DNA of 36,557 nucleotides from a virus (lineage: Duplodnaviria > Caudoviricetes). Location: positions 1 through 36,557 of IMG/VR virus record IMGVR_UViG_3300024060_000003; one strand, 5' to 3'. Shown here one piece after another: positions 26,373-35,871 of this stretch. A model generated the notes under the pieces. It worked only from the letters and a program-made list of their open reading frames with translations. It did no database searches and was not told the DNA's origin. Position numbers and translations under genes: made by a program. Position 1 is the stretch's first letter. Each line of letters starts with the position of its first letter.

Positions 26373-26824
26373 TTGATCTTGACCAGTTTAGAGACTACAT
26401 CGTCGAGCCAACGCTCGAGGATCTGGGGTTGATGTCAACTTCAGCGGTCGAGCTGGTGATTGGGACTGCACTCCAGGAGTCCCATCTGACATACATCAAA
26501 CAACTGGGCAACGGTCCTGCGTTGGGTGTATGTCAGATGGAACCTGATACCCACGATGACATCTGGGATAATTTTCTACGGTACCGCGACGTGCTATCGG
26601 ATGCGGTACTCGAAATTGGAGGTCCGGACGCACGAGAGTTGATCGGGAACCTGAAGTATTCAGTTGCAATGTGTCGTGTCCATTACCGACGAGTTAGCAA
26701 TCCGTTGCCTCAGGCAGGTGATCTGTCAGGGCATGCTCAGTATTGGAAGACGTACTACAACACCGAACTCGGAAGCGGAACGACGCAAGAGTACATTGAG
26801 AATTGGAGGAAAGCACATGGATAA
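26369..26824 (+). CDS. putative endolysin (lysozyme/lytic transglycosylase-like fold)
   Basis: GTALQES (candidate catalytic Glu), ALGVCQMEP, YWK.YYNT..G.G. Confidence 0.8.
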   Translation: MIDLDQFRDYIVEPTLEDLGLMSTSAVELVIGTALQESHLTYIKQLGNGPALGVCQMEPDTHDDIWDNFLRYRDVLSDAVLEIGGPDARELIGNLKYSVAMCRVHYRRVSNPLPQAGDLSGHAQYWKTYYNTELGSGTTQEYIENWRKAHG

Positions 26825-27056
26825 GCTCAATACGATACTCGGAGCACTGGTGGCTTCATTGATCCTGTTTCTGACGGGTATGCTGGCACTGTTGCAGGTA
26901 CCGGGGGTCGAGTCGGTAGGAGACATCGGGCAGATAGCCTGGATCGTTCTTTCTGTCGGCGCGTTGATCAGCTTCCTCAAGGATTTTCAATCAATCAGTA
27001 CTCGCCGTCTAATTAATAAGGTAACCGGTACTGGTGACGGAGGAGGTTCGATATGA
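26817..27056 (+). CDS. putative holin (2 TM)
   Basis: SD GGAGGA, 79 aa, two hydrophobic helices, charged C-terminus, adjacent to endolysin. Confidence 0.7.
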   Translation: MDKLNTILGALVASLILFLTGMLALLQVPGVESVGDIGQIAWIVLSVGALISFLKDFQSISTRRLINKVTGTGDGGGSI

Positions 27057-27469
27057 GACAGCTACTCTACGACAGATATCTCTCGTTTTTTGTACTGCTG
27101 TTGTTGGTAGGGCTGCAAGGATGTGCATCGACCAATCCCCTTGCAGCAGCAGAGACAAGTGAGCAACGTGCGTACGCTGCTTACGGTACATTTGTCATCT
27201 TCCAGGAGAAGGCAGTGGACCTTGTGGGGGAGGAAAGTATTCCCAGCGATGTGCGACTGCGCATTATAGCGGCAGAAGATCGAGCGAAGCCGGTAGCTGA
27301 CAACTTGCTCGATGCATACGTAGAATTCCTTGTCGTGAAAGCTGAGTTCAACGCTGGGAATACGAGTCAAGATCGTCTGGTCGTTGCAGCAAACTCGCTG
27401 GACGACTGGGTAACTCGACTCGCCCCTATGGTCAACGAATTAATAAGAACTTTACAAGGAGCTGAATAA
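27053..27469 (+). CDS. lipoprotein, possible spanin component
   Basis: Hydrophobic signal ending in lipobox LQGC; helical body. Confidence 0.7.
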   Translation: MRQLLYDRYLSFFVLLLLVGLQGCASTNPLAAAETSEQRAYAAYGTFVIFQEKAVDLVGEESIPSDVRLRIIAAEDRAKPVADNLLDAYVEFLVVKAEFNAGNTSQDRLVVAANSLDDWVTRLAPMVNELIRTLQGAE

Positions 27470-27897
27470 TGGACCCCCTCTCACTAATCATACTTGCAGT
27501 TAACGGCATTCGTACAGTGATCAACAATCCCGCTTTAGGTGGTGGCAGTAGCGTGCGATTTGACGAGGCCTCTGAGCTTCTCGGTATTCTCGGTGTCCTG
27601 ATTGGACAGGGTGCCGACGGAGTAGATGACCTCAAGAAATTTACTGAGGTTATCGAGTCTATGGCAGCTCAAGGTAGAGGACCCAGTTCAGCGGAATGGG
27701 ACATCATGCGGGGACGTTCTGACGATGCGCATGCGCGTCTTCAGGCTGCGAAGGAGGAGTTACTTGGTGAAGAAGAAGAAGTGGACGACGAAGTACCAAC
27801 CTCCTCCGAACCAGAGCCCGAAGTTGGCGAGGAAGACCCGATTTCTGCGTCTGAATCTGATCCGACCGAAGAGGAAGAGCCACCCCCAGCCGGGTGA
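27469..27897 (+). CDS. hypothetical protein with hydrophobic N-terminus and acidic tail
   Basis: TAATG overlap, SD CAAGGAG, E/P-rich C-terminus. Confidence 0.75.
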   Translation: MDPLSLIILAVNGIRTVINNPALGGGSSVRFDEASELLGILGVLIGQGADGVDDLKKFTEVIESMAAQGRGPSSAEWDIMRGRSDDAHARLQAAKEELLGEEEEVDDEVPTSSEPEPEVGEEDPISASESDPTEEEEPPPAG

Positions 27898-27907
27898 GGA
27901 GTGACTC

Positions 27908-28108
27908 ATGAAAATGCTATTCACAGTGGGAACGGTCTTCCTGCTAATCGCTTGTGCACCTGCAGCGGATCAAGATTTCTTCGAGTGTGGTGCTACCAAC
28001 ACGCTGGTGGTGTGTCCGGTCGGAGAGAGTCCTGATGCTGCTACTCACGGTGACTGTCGTGCGGTTGGGAGTGGTACGACCACGATAGCTGAAGGCACGT
28101 GTAGTTAG
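27908..28108 (+). CDS. small Cys-rich lipoprotein
   Basis: SD GAGGAG, lipobox LIAC, four further Cys. Confidence 0.7.
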   Translation: MKMLFTVGTVFLLIACAPAADQDFFECGATNTLVVCPVGESPDAATHGDCRAVGSGTTTIAEGTCS

Positions 28109-28117
28109 GAGTATCGC

Positions 28118-28762
28118 ATGGCTGTCTCGATGACATTTAATTCGTTGCTTGCAGACCTCCGGGTCTATATGGAGCGAGGCACGTCTGTGGATCCTACGGT
28201 GTTTAACCAGCTGCCCAGCTTGATCAATCTGGCTGAACGACAACTGGCGAACTCTCTGAAGCTCCTGGGATTTGTGGCAGTCGTGACCGATACGTTAGGC
28301 ATCGGACAGTCTGTGATACCGAAGCCCAATCGCTGGCGAGACACAATCTCGATTAACTTCGGCGTGGGCGCAACGCAGATCAGGACTCCGTTATTTGCAC
28401 GGTCGTACGAGTACATGCGACGTTACTGGCCTGATGAAGACCTGACGGATCAGCCAAAATTCTATGGAGATTACGATTACTTCAACTGGTTGATTGTGCC
28501 GTCGGCAGATTTTGCTTATCCGTTCGAGGTCAATTATTGGGAGTTGCCTGCGTTGTTAGATGCGACAAACCAAACGAACTGGACAACGGACTTTGCCCCG
28601 AATGCCCTGCTTCATGGTGCGCTTCTGCAGGCGACTCCCTTCTTGAAAGACGATGAGCGCATTCCAATCTGGCAACAGATTTACGACCGGGACGTAGCGA
28701 TCCTAGAGGCACAAGATATGAGACGCATCATTGATAGGAACGTTACGAGGGAGGCTGTCTGA
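28118..28762 (+). CDS. putative head-tail adaptor / tail tubular protein A-like
   Basis: L.S.INLAE, P.FY, P..D..Y..E..Y...P.L...NQTNW....P.ALL.G.L.A.PFLK.DER...W. Confidence 0.75.
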   Translation: MAVSMTFNSLLADLRVYMERGTSVDPTVFNQLPSLINLAERQLANSLKLLGFVAVVTDTLGIGQSVIPKPNRWRDTISINFGVGATQIRTPLFARSYEYMRRYWPDEDLTDQPKFYGDYDYFNWLIVPSADFAYPFEVNYWELPALLDATNQTNWTTDFAPNALLHGALLQATPFLKDDERIPIWQQIYDRDVAILEAQDMRRIIDRNVTREAV

Positions 28763-30792
28763 TGGGCTATACCAATGTCTTTGGTGGCGAACTAATTTTT
28801 CCGTCACAGCTCAGCTATCTTTCGATTAGTACGGGGGTAGATGTCACCCTGCAGTGGCCGACTGAGCAACAGATCACAGGTGACAGCGTTGTTGCAGACT
28901 TCCTCGATATCAGTACTTCGGTAGGTAGTCTCAACATTGATATGCCATCTGCCCTGGTGACGGGCACTGGTAACAAGGCGACTGTCAACAACGTAGGTGC
29001 CAATACGTTCACCGTGCGTGACAGCACAGGAGGCACGATTCAATCAGTTGCTCCAGGCGAAGCGTGGGTCCTCGTTCTTCGAGACAACACGACTGCTGCC
29101 GGTTTGTGGCGTACGTTCCAAATGGGTGCTTCGGTGTCCGTAGCAAGTGCCTCTGCATTGGCAGGTGCAGGCCTCAAAGCTATCGGTATGCTGCTTAATC
29201 GAAAGATCGACTCCGACATCGAGGCCTTGACGCCGATTACTGTTGTCGATGGTGATCGAGCGAAGTGTTTGATCTATACCGGAGGTCTTGGACAAGCTGA
29301 TTTGCCCGCTGCAGCTGCGGTCGGTAACGACTGGTTCTTTATGCTGCGTAATTCCGGTTCTGGGACGTTAACTATCGTACCAGCGTCAGGCACCATTGAT
29401 GGTTCTGCAGACATCAGCTTGGATCCGAATGGTAGTACGTTCGTCTTCACAGATGGGTCGAACTGGTTCACCATTGGACTCACTGTCTCTTCGACCATTG
29501 CGTTCGACTTCGTCTCGCTACCCGTTCCTGGGTCGGGAGACTTTGTACTTTCTGGCGCGAACTTAGATCGCATCGCGTATCGTTTTACGGGCACACTCAC
29601 GGGCAACCGACGTATCGTTGTGCCCAATACCATCCAGCAGTACTGGTGTGATAACCAAACGACAGGTGCTTTCACTCTGAGGGTTTCGACATTTGCGCAG
29701 GGGGCTCCTCCGAACGTAGGTCAAAACGAGGCTGCAATTTTCTTTTGTGATGGCACAGATGTAATCAACGCAGTATCGGAAGTTAGTATCACTCTTCCAG
29801 TTGTAATCGGACAAGGCGGAACGGGAGCGACGACCGCAGCAGACGCGCGAACAAATTTGGGTGTTCCCCCCACTTCACTAGACCTGATAGCAGGCTTGGG
29901 ATTGGTAGGAGGTGGAGATCTTACAGGAGATCGAACGTTCGACGTCGGTGCTGGAACAGGCATCACCGTCAACGCCGATGATGTGCAGCTTGAGATAGCC
30001 AGCACTCTTAATGTCGATCACGCCGCTGTAGATCTCCTTGCTGGGACCGGCATCGATGCGACGGGACTCGGAGACCTCACCGCAGACAGAACGATCAACG
30101 TAGACATGCTTGGTCTGCAGGATCTGACAGATCCAGCTGCCGATAGGATTTACTTCTTTGATGATTCTTCTTCCTTCGCCGACTTCCTCGTCGTTGGAAC
30201 CGGTCTGGCGATCACGCTGCTTCAACTGGACGTTGACATGCTTGGGTTGGAAGCTCTAGCCGATCCGGGTGCCGATAGGATTTACTTCTTCGATAATTCT
30301 GGTTCTGCAGCTGGCTTCCTCACTGCTGGAGACGGTCTGACGATCACGCTGACCGACCTGGATGTCGATATGCTTGGTCTCGAAGACCTCGCGGATCCAG
30401 CTGCCGATAGAATTTACTTCTTCGATGATACTACTTCGGCTGCGGGATTCCTGACACTTGGTAGTGGTCTGGAGATTGTAGGAACCGAACTTAATACGAC
30501 GGGAGCATTAGGCACGGTGTTCGCCGGTTTCGTTGACTCCGTGGTAGCAGCGGAAGTCCTCCCAGCAGGGTGGTCTGTTGTCCTCGACGCCACAGGAGTT
30601 TACACAATCACTCATAGTCTTGATCTGGATGATGTTAATGATCTCAGCTTTATAGTCACGGCTGACGAGGCTAGGGCAGAGTACTTCGCCCCAACAGCGG
30701 ACACGATAAGTATTCGTATCCAGAGAACCCCCGACGTTGACGTGAACGCCGACTGGTACTTCATCGCTACGCTGAACGCCGTGCAAGCATAA
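28762..30792 (+). CDS. tail fibre/tail-associated structural protein
   Basis: 676 aa beta-rich; FTGTLTGNR.I.VP, QGGTGATTA..AR.NLG fibre motif, internal 44-aa repeats. Confidence 0.75.
   Translation: MGYTNVFGGELIFPSQLSYLSISTGVDVTLQWPTEQQITGDSVVADFLDISTSVGSLNIDMPSALVTGTGNKATVNNVGANTFTVRDSTGGTIQSVAPGEAWVLVLRDNTTAAGLWRTFQMGASVSVASASALAGAGLKAIGMLLNRKIDSDIEALTPITVVDGDRAKCLIYTGGLGQADLPAAAAVGNDWFFMLRNSGSGTLTIVPASGTIDGSADISLDPNGSTFVFTDGSNWFTIGLTVSSTIAFDFVSLPVPGSGDFVLSGANLDRIAYRFTGTLTGNRRIVVPNTIQQYWCDNQTTGAFTLRVSTFAQGAPPNVGQNEAAIFFCDGTDVINAVSEVSITLPVVIGQGGTGATTAADARTNLGVPPTSLDLIAGLGLVGGGDLTGDRTFDVGAGTGITVNADDVQLEIASTLNVDHAAVDLLAGTGIDATGLGDLTADRTINVDMLGLQDLTDPAADRIYFFDDSSSFADFLVVGTGLAITLLQLDVDMLGLEALADPGADRIYFFDNSGSAAGFLTAGDGLTITLTDLDVDMLGLEDLADPAADRIYFFDDTTSAAGFLTLGSGLEIVGTELNTTGALGTVFAGFVDSVVAAEVLPAGWSVVLDATGVYTITHSLDLDDVNDLSFIVTADEARAEYFAPTADTISIRIQRTPDVDVNADWYFIATLNAVQA
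30103..30498 (+). repeat. three tandem 132-nt (44 aa) repeats
   Basis: DMLGL..L.DP.ADRIYFFD units beginning 30103, 30235 and 30367. Confidence 0.9.
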
Positions 30793-30801
30793 CGTTTAAA
30801 G

Positions 30802-32364
30802 ATGGCTAGACAACCTGCACGCTTAGCATCTGCTCCCGGTATCAAACGGGACAGTACTCGTTTCGATAACGAGCACTACATCGATGGACGGTGGTGCAGA
30901 TTTCAGCGTGGCTTTCCTAAGAAGATGGCAGGCTACCAACAGGTCACCGACACCGTACCTGAAATTACGCGTGGCATGCATTCCTTTTCCTCAGACAATA
31001 TTCAGTACCTGCACCTGGGACACCCCAACACCATTGGGCAGTACCAAGTCTCGAACGGCACGCTGGGCACTTTCACTGATCGTACACCTGTAGGCTTTAT
31101 CACCGACCCCACCAATCTGTGGCAGTTCGACATCTTTGCTGACACGGGAGGCACAGGTAACCATCTTTTGGTTGCACATGCCGCACCTAACGCAGGCAAC
31201 ATTGATAATTCAATTGGTGGCGACATTTACATCGATACGATTGATGCCACTGCTGTCCTCAGCACGACGGGGTTGAATACCGATCCGACTACTGGATGGA
31301 ACACCGGAACGTTTGGACCTGTCAGCGGAGGCATCGTAGTCAGCGGTGTTTATCTGTTCGCGTACGGCAGTCGGGGACTCATAAAGCAGTCACTGGTCAA
31401 CAACGTGGGTGGTCAGCCTATCGAGTTTAATCTGGGTACGCAGAAGATCGTCAAAGGCATGCCTCTTCGAGGTGCTGGCAACGGTCCTGCGGTTTTATTT
31501 TGGTCACTTGATTCTCTCATCCGAGCAACGTTCGTTCCGGGAGACGGTCTTAACTTCGCCTTCGACGTCATTGCTCGAGGCATCACGATCATGAGTTCGC
31601 AGGGCGTCATCGAGATGGATGGCATTTACTATTGGCCCGGTGTTGATCGCTTCCTGCTGTTCAACGGTGTTGTGCGTGAGTTGCCCAACAACATGAACCA
31701 GAACTTTTTCTTCGACAACATTAACTTCAATGCTCGCAACAAGTGTTTCGGCTTTAAGATTCCTCGCTACAGTGAATTGTGGTGGTGTTACCCACGTGGC
31801 TCTGCAACTGAGTGCACTCACGCTGTGATTTTCAATGTGCGTGAGAACACGTGGTACGACACAGCATTGCCTGACAATGATGGCACTGATCAAGGACGCA
31901 CTGCAGGAATTTACGCTGACGTGTACCAACGTCCCTTCATGGTAGACAACGATGTAATGCCAAACGGTCGCACGCTTTGGCAGCACGAGAGTGGTGTTGA
32001 CAAGGTCCGTACTTCATCAATCAGTGCGATTCAATCGTTCTTCGAGACGCACGAGTTCGCATTACTCGACCAGAACATGTCAGAGAAATCTTTAAGCGTT
32101 GCTAGAGTTGAACCCGACCTTGTACAGACGGGCGACATGACCTTGACGGTACGTGGTCGTGCGAACGCCAAGGCCACCGTCGTCGATGGAGCAACAGAAA
32201 CAATCTTCGCGACGCCCGCTACGCCCGACGAAGAGACCGTGAAGTTCAAAGAGATCAAGAGACTGATGAGCTTCAAGTTTGAATCGAACGTGGGCGGAGG
32301 TAACTACGAGCTGGGCAAAACGTACGCGCACATCGAACCTGCAGACGGAAGGGTGGAATCATGA
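30802..32364 (+). CDS. tail hub/nozzle (stabilisation protein, P22 gp10 / tubular protein B-like)
   Basis: 520 aa beta-propeller-like; PGI.RD.T, RF..G.P.K..G, ELWWCYP, FN..E..WY, C-terminal DGR. Confidence 0.75.
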   Translation: MARQPARLASAPGIKRDSTRFDNEHYIDGRWCRFQRGFPKKMAGYQQVTDTVPEITRGMHSFSSDNIQYLHLGHPNTIGQYQVSNGTLGTFTDRTPVGFITDPTNLWQFDIFADTGGTGNHLLVAHAAPNAGNIDNSIGGDIYIDTIDATAVLSTTGLNTDPTTGWNTGTFGPVSGGIVVSGVYLFAYGSRGLIKQSLVNNVGGQPIEFNLGTQKIVKGMPLRGAGNGPAVLFWSLDSLIRATFVPGDGLNFAFDVIARGITIMSSQGVIEMDGIYYWPGVDRFLLFNGVVRELPNNMNQNFFFDNINFNARNKCFGFKIPRYSELWWCYPRGSATECTHAVIFNVRENTWYDTALPDNDGTDQGRTAGIYADVYQRPFMVDNDVMPNGRTLWQHESGVDKVRTSSISAIQSFFETHEFALLDQNMSEKSLSVARVEPDLVQTGDMTLTVRGRANAKATVVDGATETIFATPATPDEETVKFKEIKRLMSFKFESNVGGGNYELGKTYAHIEPADGRVES

Positions 32365-32615
32365 TCATCCATCCGCAAGGTTTCCGCGATGACGACTTCA
32401 AGGGCTGGGCTGATCAGATGTCCTTCTTGATTCAGGAGGCTGTGCCCAATTTTCTGATTTACATGCCAGAGGTAGGCGATACGTGGCAGGATTGGGCTCT
32501 GTGTATCGTTGGTTCACAGGATGAGTTAGGGCAAGATTCACCGGACCCCGCAATGTTCGACACTTGGAAAGAGTGGGCTGAACGGTTCTTCGAAACACAA
32601 TCTTTTACGGGATAG
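32361..32615 (+). CDS. small Trp-rich hypothetical tail-module protein
   Basis: WAD...WQDWA...PDP..F..W.EWAERF; ATGA overlap. Confidence 0.75.
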   Translation: MIIHPQGFRDDDFKGWADQMSFLIQEAVPNFLIYMPEVGDTWQDWALCIVGSQDELGQDSPDPAMFDTWKEWAERFFETQSFTG

Positions 32616-32619
32616 GACC

Positions 32620-34593
32620 ATGGCGAAAAGACGAGACGTACACACCGCACCGAATCCTCGAGAGAGGGCGATCATGTCTGATCTCAAGCCTCAAGGTGGC
32701 CTGGGACAGATGCTTGCACAGCAAGGTGCCGATCCAAAACTGTTAGAAGCTGTAGCAGAAGTCGAAGGGATGCCGGGTGGCATGGAGCTTCTCTACACCG
32801 TTGCAGCGGAAGATCTGATGAAAGGTGCAGGCGCGTCGAAGAAGGATGCGAAGAAGATTCGTCTCTACAAACTCGGCGGACCTGTTCGTCGCGCCAAAGG
32901 CGGAGCTGTCCGACAAGCAGCAGAGACAACTCGACGAGCAGGACGTGGTGATGACTCCATGATGCTGCACGTGAGCCCTGAAGAGTACGAAGTCATTGAA
33001 GCCATGTGGGGTAAGGCTGAGATCAATCCGGAGACCGGCATTGGTGAGTACGGATTCCTTAGCAAAGTGTGGAAAAAAATTAAGAAGACTGTGAAGAAGA
33101 TTGTTAAGTCAGATATTTTCCAGATCGTTGCCCCCATCGCACTATCGATCTTTGTTCCTGGTCTAGGTACTGCCATTGGTAGCGCACTGGGAGCCTCTGG
33201 TGCTGCGGCGAGCGTAATCGGTAATGCCCTCGTGCAGGGCGGACTGAGTGCAGCAGGAGGTGGTGACTTCCTGGAAGGCGCACTCTCCGGTGCGATCACG
33301 GGAGGTCTCGGTGAGGTTGCAGGTGGTGCGATCCAGAAGGTTGCACCGGGTCTCTCTGACAGTACTGCAGCCATCATTGGATCGAGCTTGGCGGGAGGCA
33401 CGGCATCTTCATTGACCGGCGGCGAATTCATGGAAGGTGCACTTGCCGGAGGTCTCGGCGAGATGATGCGACCGTCGATGGAAAGCCTCACTGAGATGGG
33501 GCAGAGAACATTTGGCGTTCAGGACCCGACAGGTGGTGGCATTCTGGCTGAGCGAGTTCCTCAACGGAGCTTGACTGAGATTGATCTAGCGACAATTCCT
33601 CCACGGATGGGTGGTGCTGAGCAGGCCTTTGTTGGGCCACCTGCTCCAGGAGTAGACCCTTACGGGCCTGGAGGGGGAAGAGGCAACGTACCCTCGGCTG
33701 TTCTTTCAGAGACGGGAGTGGCTGCAGCTCCGTCCGTTACTCCCGCGCCTGTGCCTGACGTCACTCCGCCCGCAGAAGGAGGTACAGATTTGATGCAGTA
33801 CGCACTCCCGGCGATGATGATGCTGGGCTCACAAAGCGCGTACGAAGAAGCTGTGCCACCTGAAATGCCACCGTGGATGACGGAGTCGCTGCCGATCTAC
33901 GAGATGAACCGACAATTCCAAGGCCTGGATCCCAATGCGTACTACACATACGGACAGGCAGGTGCCTCCCAGTCTGGACAGCATCTGTTCATGACCCCGG
34001 AGCCTTTCGCCGGAGAGGTTGGTACTCCAACAGTCGGACCAACGGGTGGTCTAGGGCTTGGAGATCTTGCCCAGCTGATCGCTTCAGGTCAGGTCGTTCC
34101 AGCCGCCATGGGTGAGACCGGAGGAGTGCAGCTGCAGGGCGCAGGCTACCGGCAGGATCCCAACACGGGCGACTGGCTCCCACCGCAACAGCAGCTGGGG
34201 CAAGGCCTGCCCCGAGCCCGTGGAGGCTACCAACGTGGAGGGGAGTTTGACTATTGGTCGCAGAATGCTGATGTTCCACGTGCAGCCCCCTCAGTGGCCG
34301 CGTCAGGGCGTTATGTTAAAGGGGCGGGCACTGGCAGGTCAGACGACATCCCAGCCCGCCTGAGCGACGGTGAGTACGTCATGGACGCAGAATCGGTGGC
34401 ACTCCTGGGTGACGGTTCCGGGGATGCTGGGGCTCGACGGCTCGACGAGATGCGTAGCAATCTCCGCAAGCACAAAGCCAAGAATCTGATGAAGGGTGGC
34501 TTCAGCCACAAGGCAAAGAAACCACACCAGTACATGGCAGGTGGAGGCATTGCCAGCCTCCGTCGAGCGGCGACTGAAGCAGGGAGAGCGTAA
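32620..34593 (+). CDS. putative internal virion / DNA ejection protein
   Basis: 657 aa, Gly/Ala-rich hydrophobic region, INPETG.GEY, GAGTGRSDDIPARLSDGEYV domain; follows tail hub gene. Confidence 0.7.
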   Translation: MAKRRDVHTAPNPRERAIMSDLKPQGGLGQMLAQQGADPKLLEAVAEVEGMPGGMELLYTVAAEDLMKGAGASKKDAKKIRLYKLGGPVRRAKGGAVRQAAETTRRAGRGDDSMMLHVSPEEYEVIEAMWGKAEINPETGIGEYGFLSKVWKKIKKTVKKIVKSDIFQIVAPIALSIFVPGLGTAIGSALGASGAAASVIGNALVQGGLSAAGGGDFLEGALSGAITGGLGEVAGGAIQKVAPGLSDSTAAIIGSSLAGGTASSLTGGEFMEGALAGGLGEMMRPSMESLTEMGQRTFGVQDPTGGGILAERVPQRSLTEIDLATIPPRMGGAEQAFVGPPAPGVDPYGPGGGRGNVPSAVLSETGVAAAPSVTPAPVPDVTPPAEGGTDLMQYALPAMMMLGSQSAYEEAVPPEMPPWMTESLPIYEMNRQFQGLDPNAYYTYGQAGASQSGQHLFMTPEPFAGEVGTPTVGPTGGLGLGDLAQLIASGQVVPAAMGETGGVQLQGAGYRQDPNTGDWLPPQQQLGQGLPRARGGYQRGGEFDYWSQNADVPRAAPSVAASGRYVKGAGTGRSDDIPARLSDGEYVMDAESVALLGDGSGDAGARRLDEMRSNLRKHKAKNLMKGGFSHKAKKPHQYMAGGGIASLRRAATEAGRA

Positions 34594-35870
34594 TGCCAAC
34601 TAACTTAGACTTTCTATTTGAGGGCAAGCCTCCGCAAGCGGTCACAACCTATGGGCAAACTGTGGAGGGCGTTCCGAAGTGGATGTCCGACTACACGCAG
34701 GGGCTGATTGCACGAGCCAACGCAGCGGCAGCTGAGCCCTACATCCCATACGGTGGACCGAGGATCGCTGGCTTTTCGCCGGAGCAGGAAGCTGCGTTCG
34801 GTATGGTCGAGGAGAACGTCGGCGCGTACCAGCCCTTCCTCGAAGCAGGTGCTGGAGCCGTTGGCGGAGGACTGCGAGCTGCTGCCAACATCGCACAGTC
34901 AGCTGACCCTTACCTCCAACAGGCAACAGGAAGTTTCACCGATCCCGGCGTCGCTCAACAGTACATGGATCCGTACATCCAGAACGTGCTGGCTCGTCAA
35001 GCAGAGGAGTCCGGTCGTCAACTTACGGAGCGATTCATACCAGCGTTGCAAGGTGCATTCACTGGAGCGGGTCAGTTCGGATCTCGTGGTGGCTTTGGTT
35101 CGATGCAAGACATCGGTACACGTGGTGTAAGAGAGATCGCTGAAGGTCTGCAGGGACAACAGCTGGCAGCTCTTTCGGGAGCCTATGCTGACGCGGGTAC
35201 ACGGTACGAAGCAGAGCGCGGACGCTACGGACGACTGGCAACCACACGAGGTGCCCTCGAAGAAGCAACTGCAGCTTCGCAGTTCGCCGGAGCCACAACA
35301 GCGGGCCGACTAGGTGAGTTCGCACAACAAGCAGGTCTCACTGATGCCGCTGCGCTGGAGTCGATTGGTATACAGACGCAAGGGATGGATCAGAGAAGTA
35401 TGGATCTCGCCTACGCAGATTTCCTGGAGCAACGGGACCTGCCAATGGAACGGGTCGGATTCATGTCAGACGTCATCCGAGGCATGCCAGATCCAGGTCG
35501 AGTTTCAACAACAACGGAGGTAGGACCGGCTTCTATCTATCAGCCGTCAGGTCTGTCGCAGATTGTCGGTGGCTACGGTGTGTACCGAGGTCTGCAAGGA
35601 GACGCAAGGGGCGGCTACATCGACAGGCCTCGTTACGCAAGAGGTGGATATATAGATGGCGAGTACGAAGACGTCACCGGCTATGCAGACGGAGGCTACG
35701 TCGATGCAGACGGTTACCAATTCGGTGGACTAGCAGCGGCAGCAGGTCGAGGCATCGTGGGAGCTGGTAGAAAAATAATCGACTGGGCACGAAGTCTTTA
35801 TCCGGATCCCGGTCGAGGCATCGGTGTGGCTGGAGGTCATAACCTGACGTTGACGCACAAGCAGGACTGA
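34593..35870 (+). CDS. putative internal virion / DNA ejection (pilot) protein
   Basis: 425 aa Q/A/G-rich helical; Y.GPRIA.F...Q..A, YMDPY.Q.V, AG.FGSR. Confidence 0.7.
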   Translation: MPTNLDFLFEGKPPQAVTTYGQTVEGVPKWMSDYTQGLIARANAAAAEPYIPYGGPRIAGFSPEQEAAFGMVEENVGAYQPFLEAGAGAVGGGLRAAANIAQSADPYLQQATGSFTDPGVAQQYMDPYIQNVLARQAEESGRQLTERFIPALQGAFTGAGQFGSRGGFGSMQDIGTRGVREIAEGLQGQQLAALSGAYADAGTRYEAERGRYGRLATTRGALEEATAASQFAGATTAGRLGEFAQQAGLTDAAALESIGIQTQGMDQRSMDLAYADFLEQRDLPMERVGFMSDVIRGMPDPGRVSTTTEVGPASIYQPSGLSQIVGGYGVYRGLQGDARGGYIDRPRYARGGYIDGEYEDVTGYADGGYVDADGYQFGGLAAAAGRGIVGAGRKIIDWARSLYPDPGRGIGVAGGHNLTLTHKQD

Positions 35871-35871
35871 G

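Noticed and set aside
35780-35840. Resemblance of YPDPGRGIGVAG to the MCP C-terminus WTDPRIIFGTPG
   Set aside because: Too few identities to distinguish from chance.
75-35870. Genome-wide stop-codon reassignment (TGA) suggested by a possible UCA anticodon
   Set aside because: Core genes are intact in code 11 and many end in TGA with ATGA coupling to the next gene.
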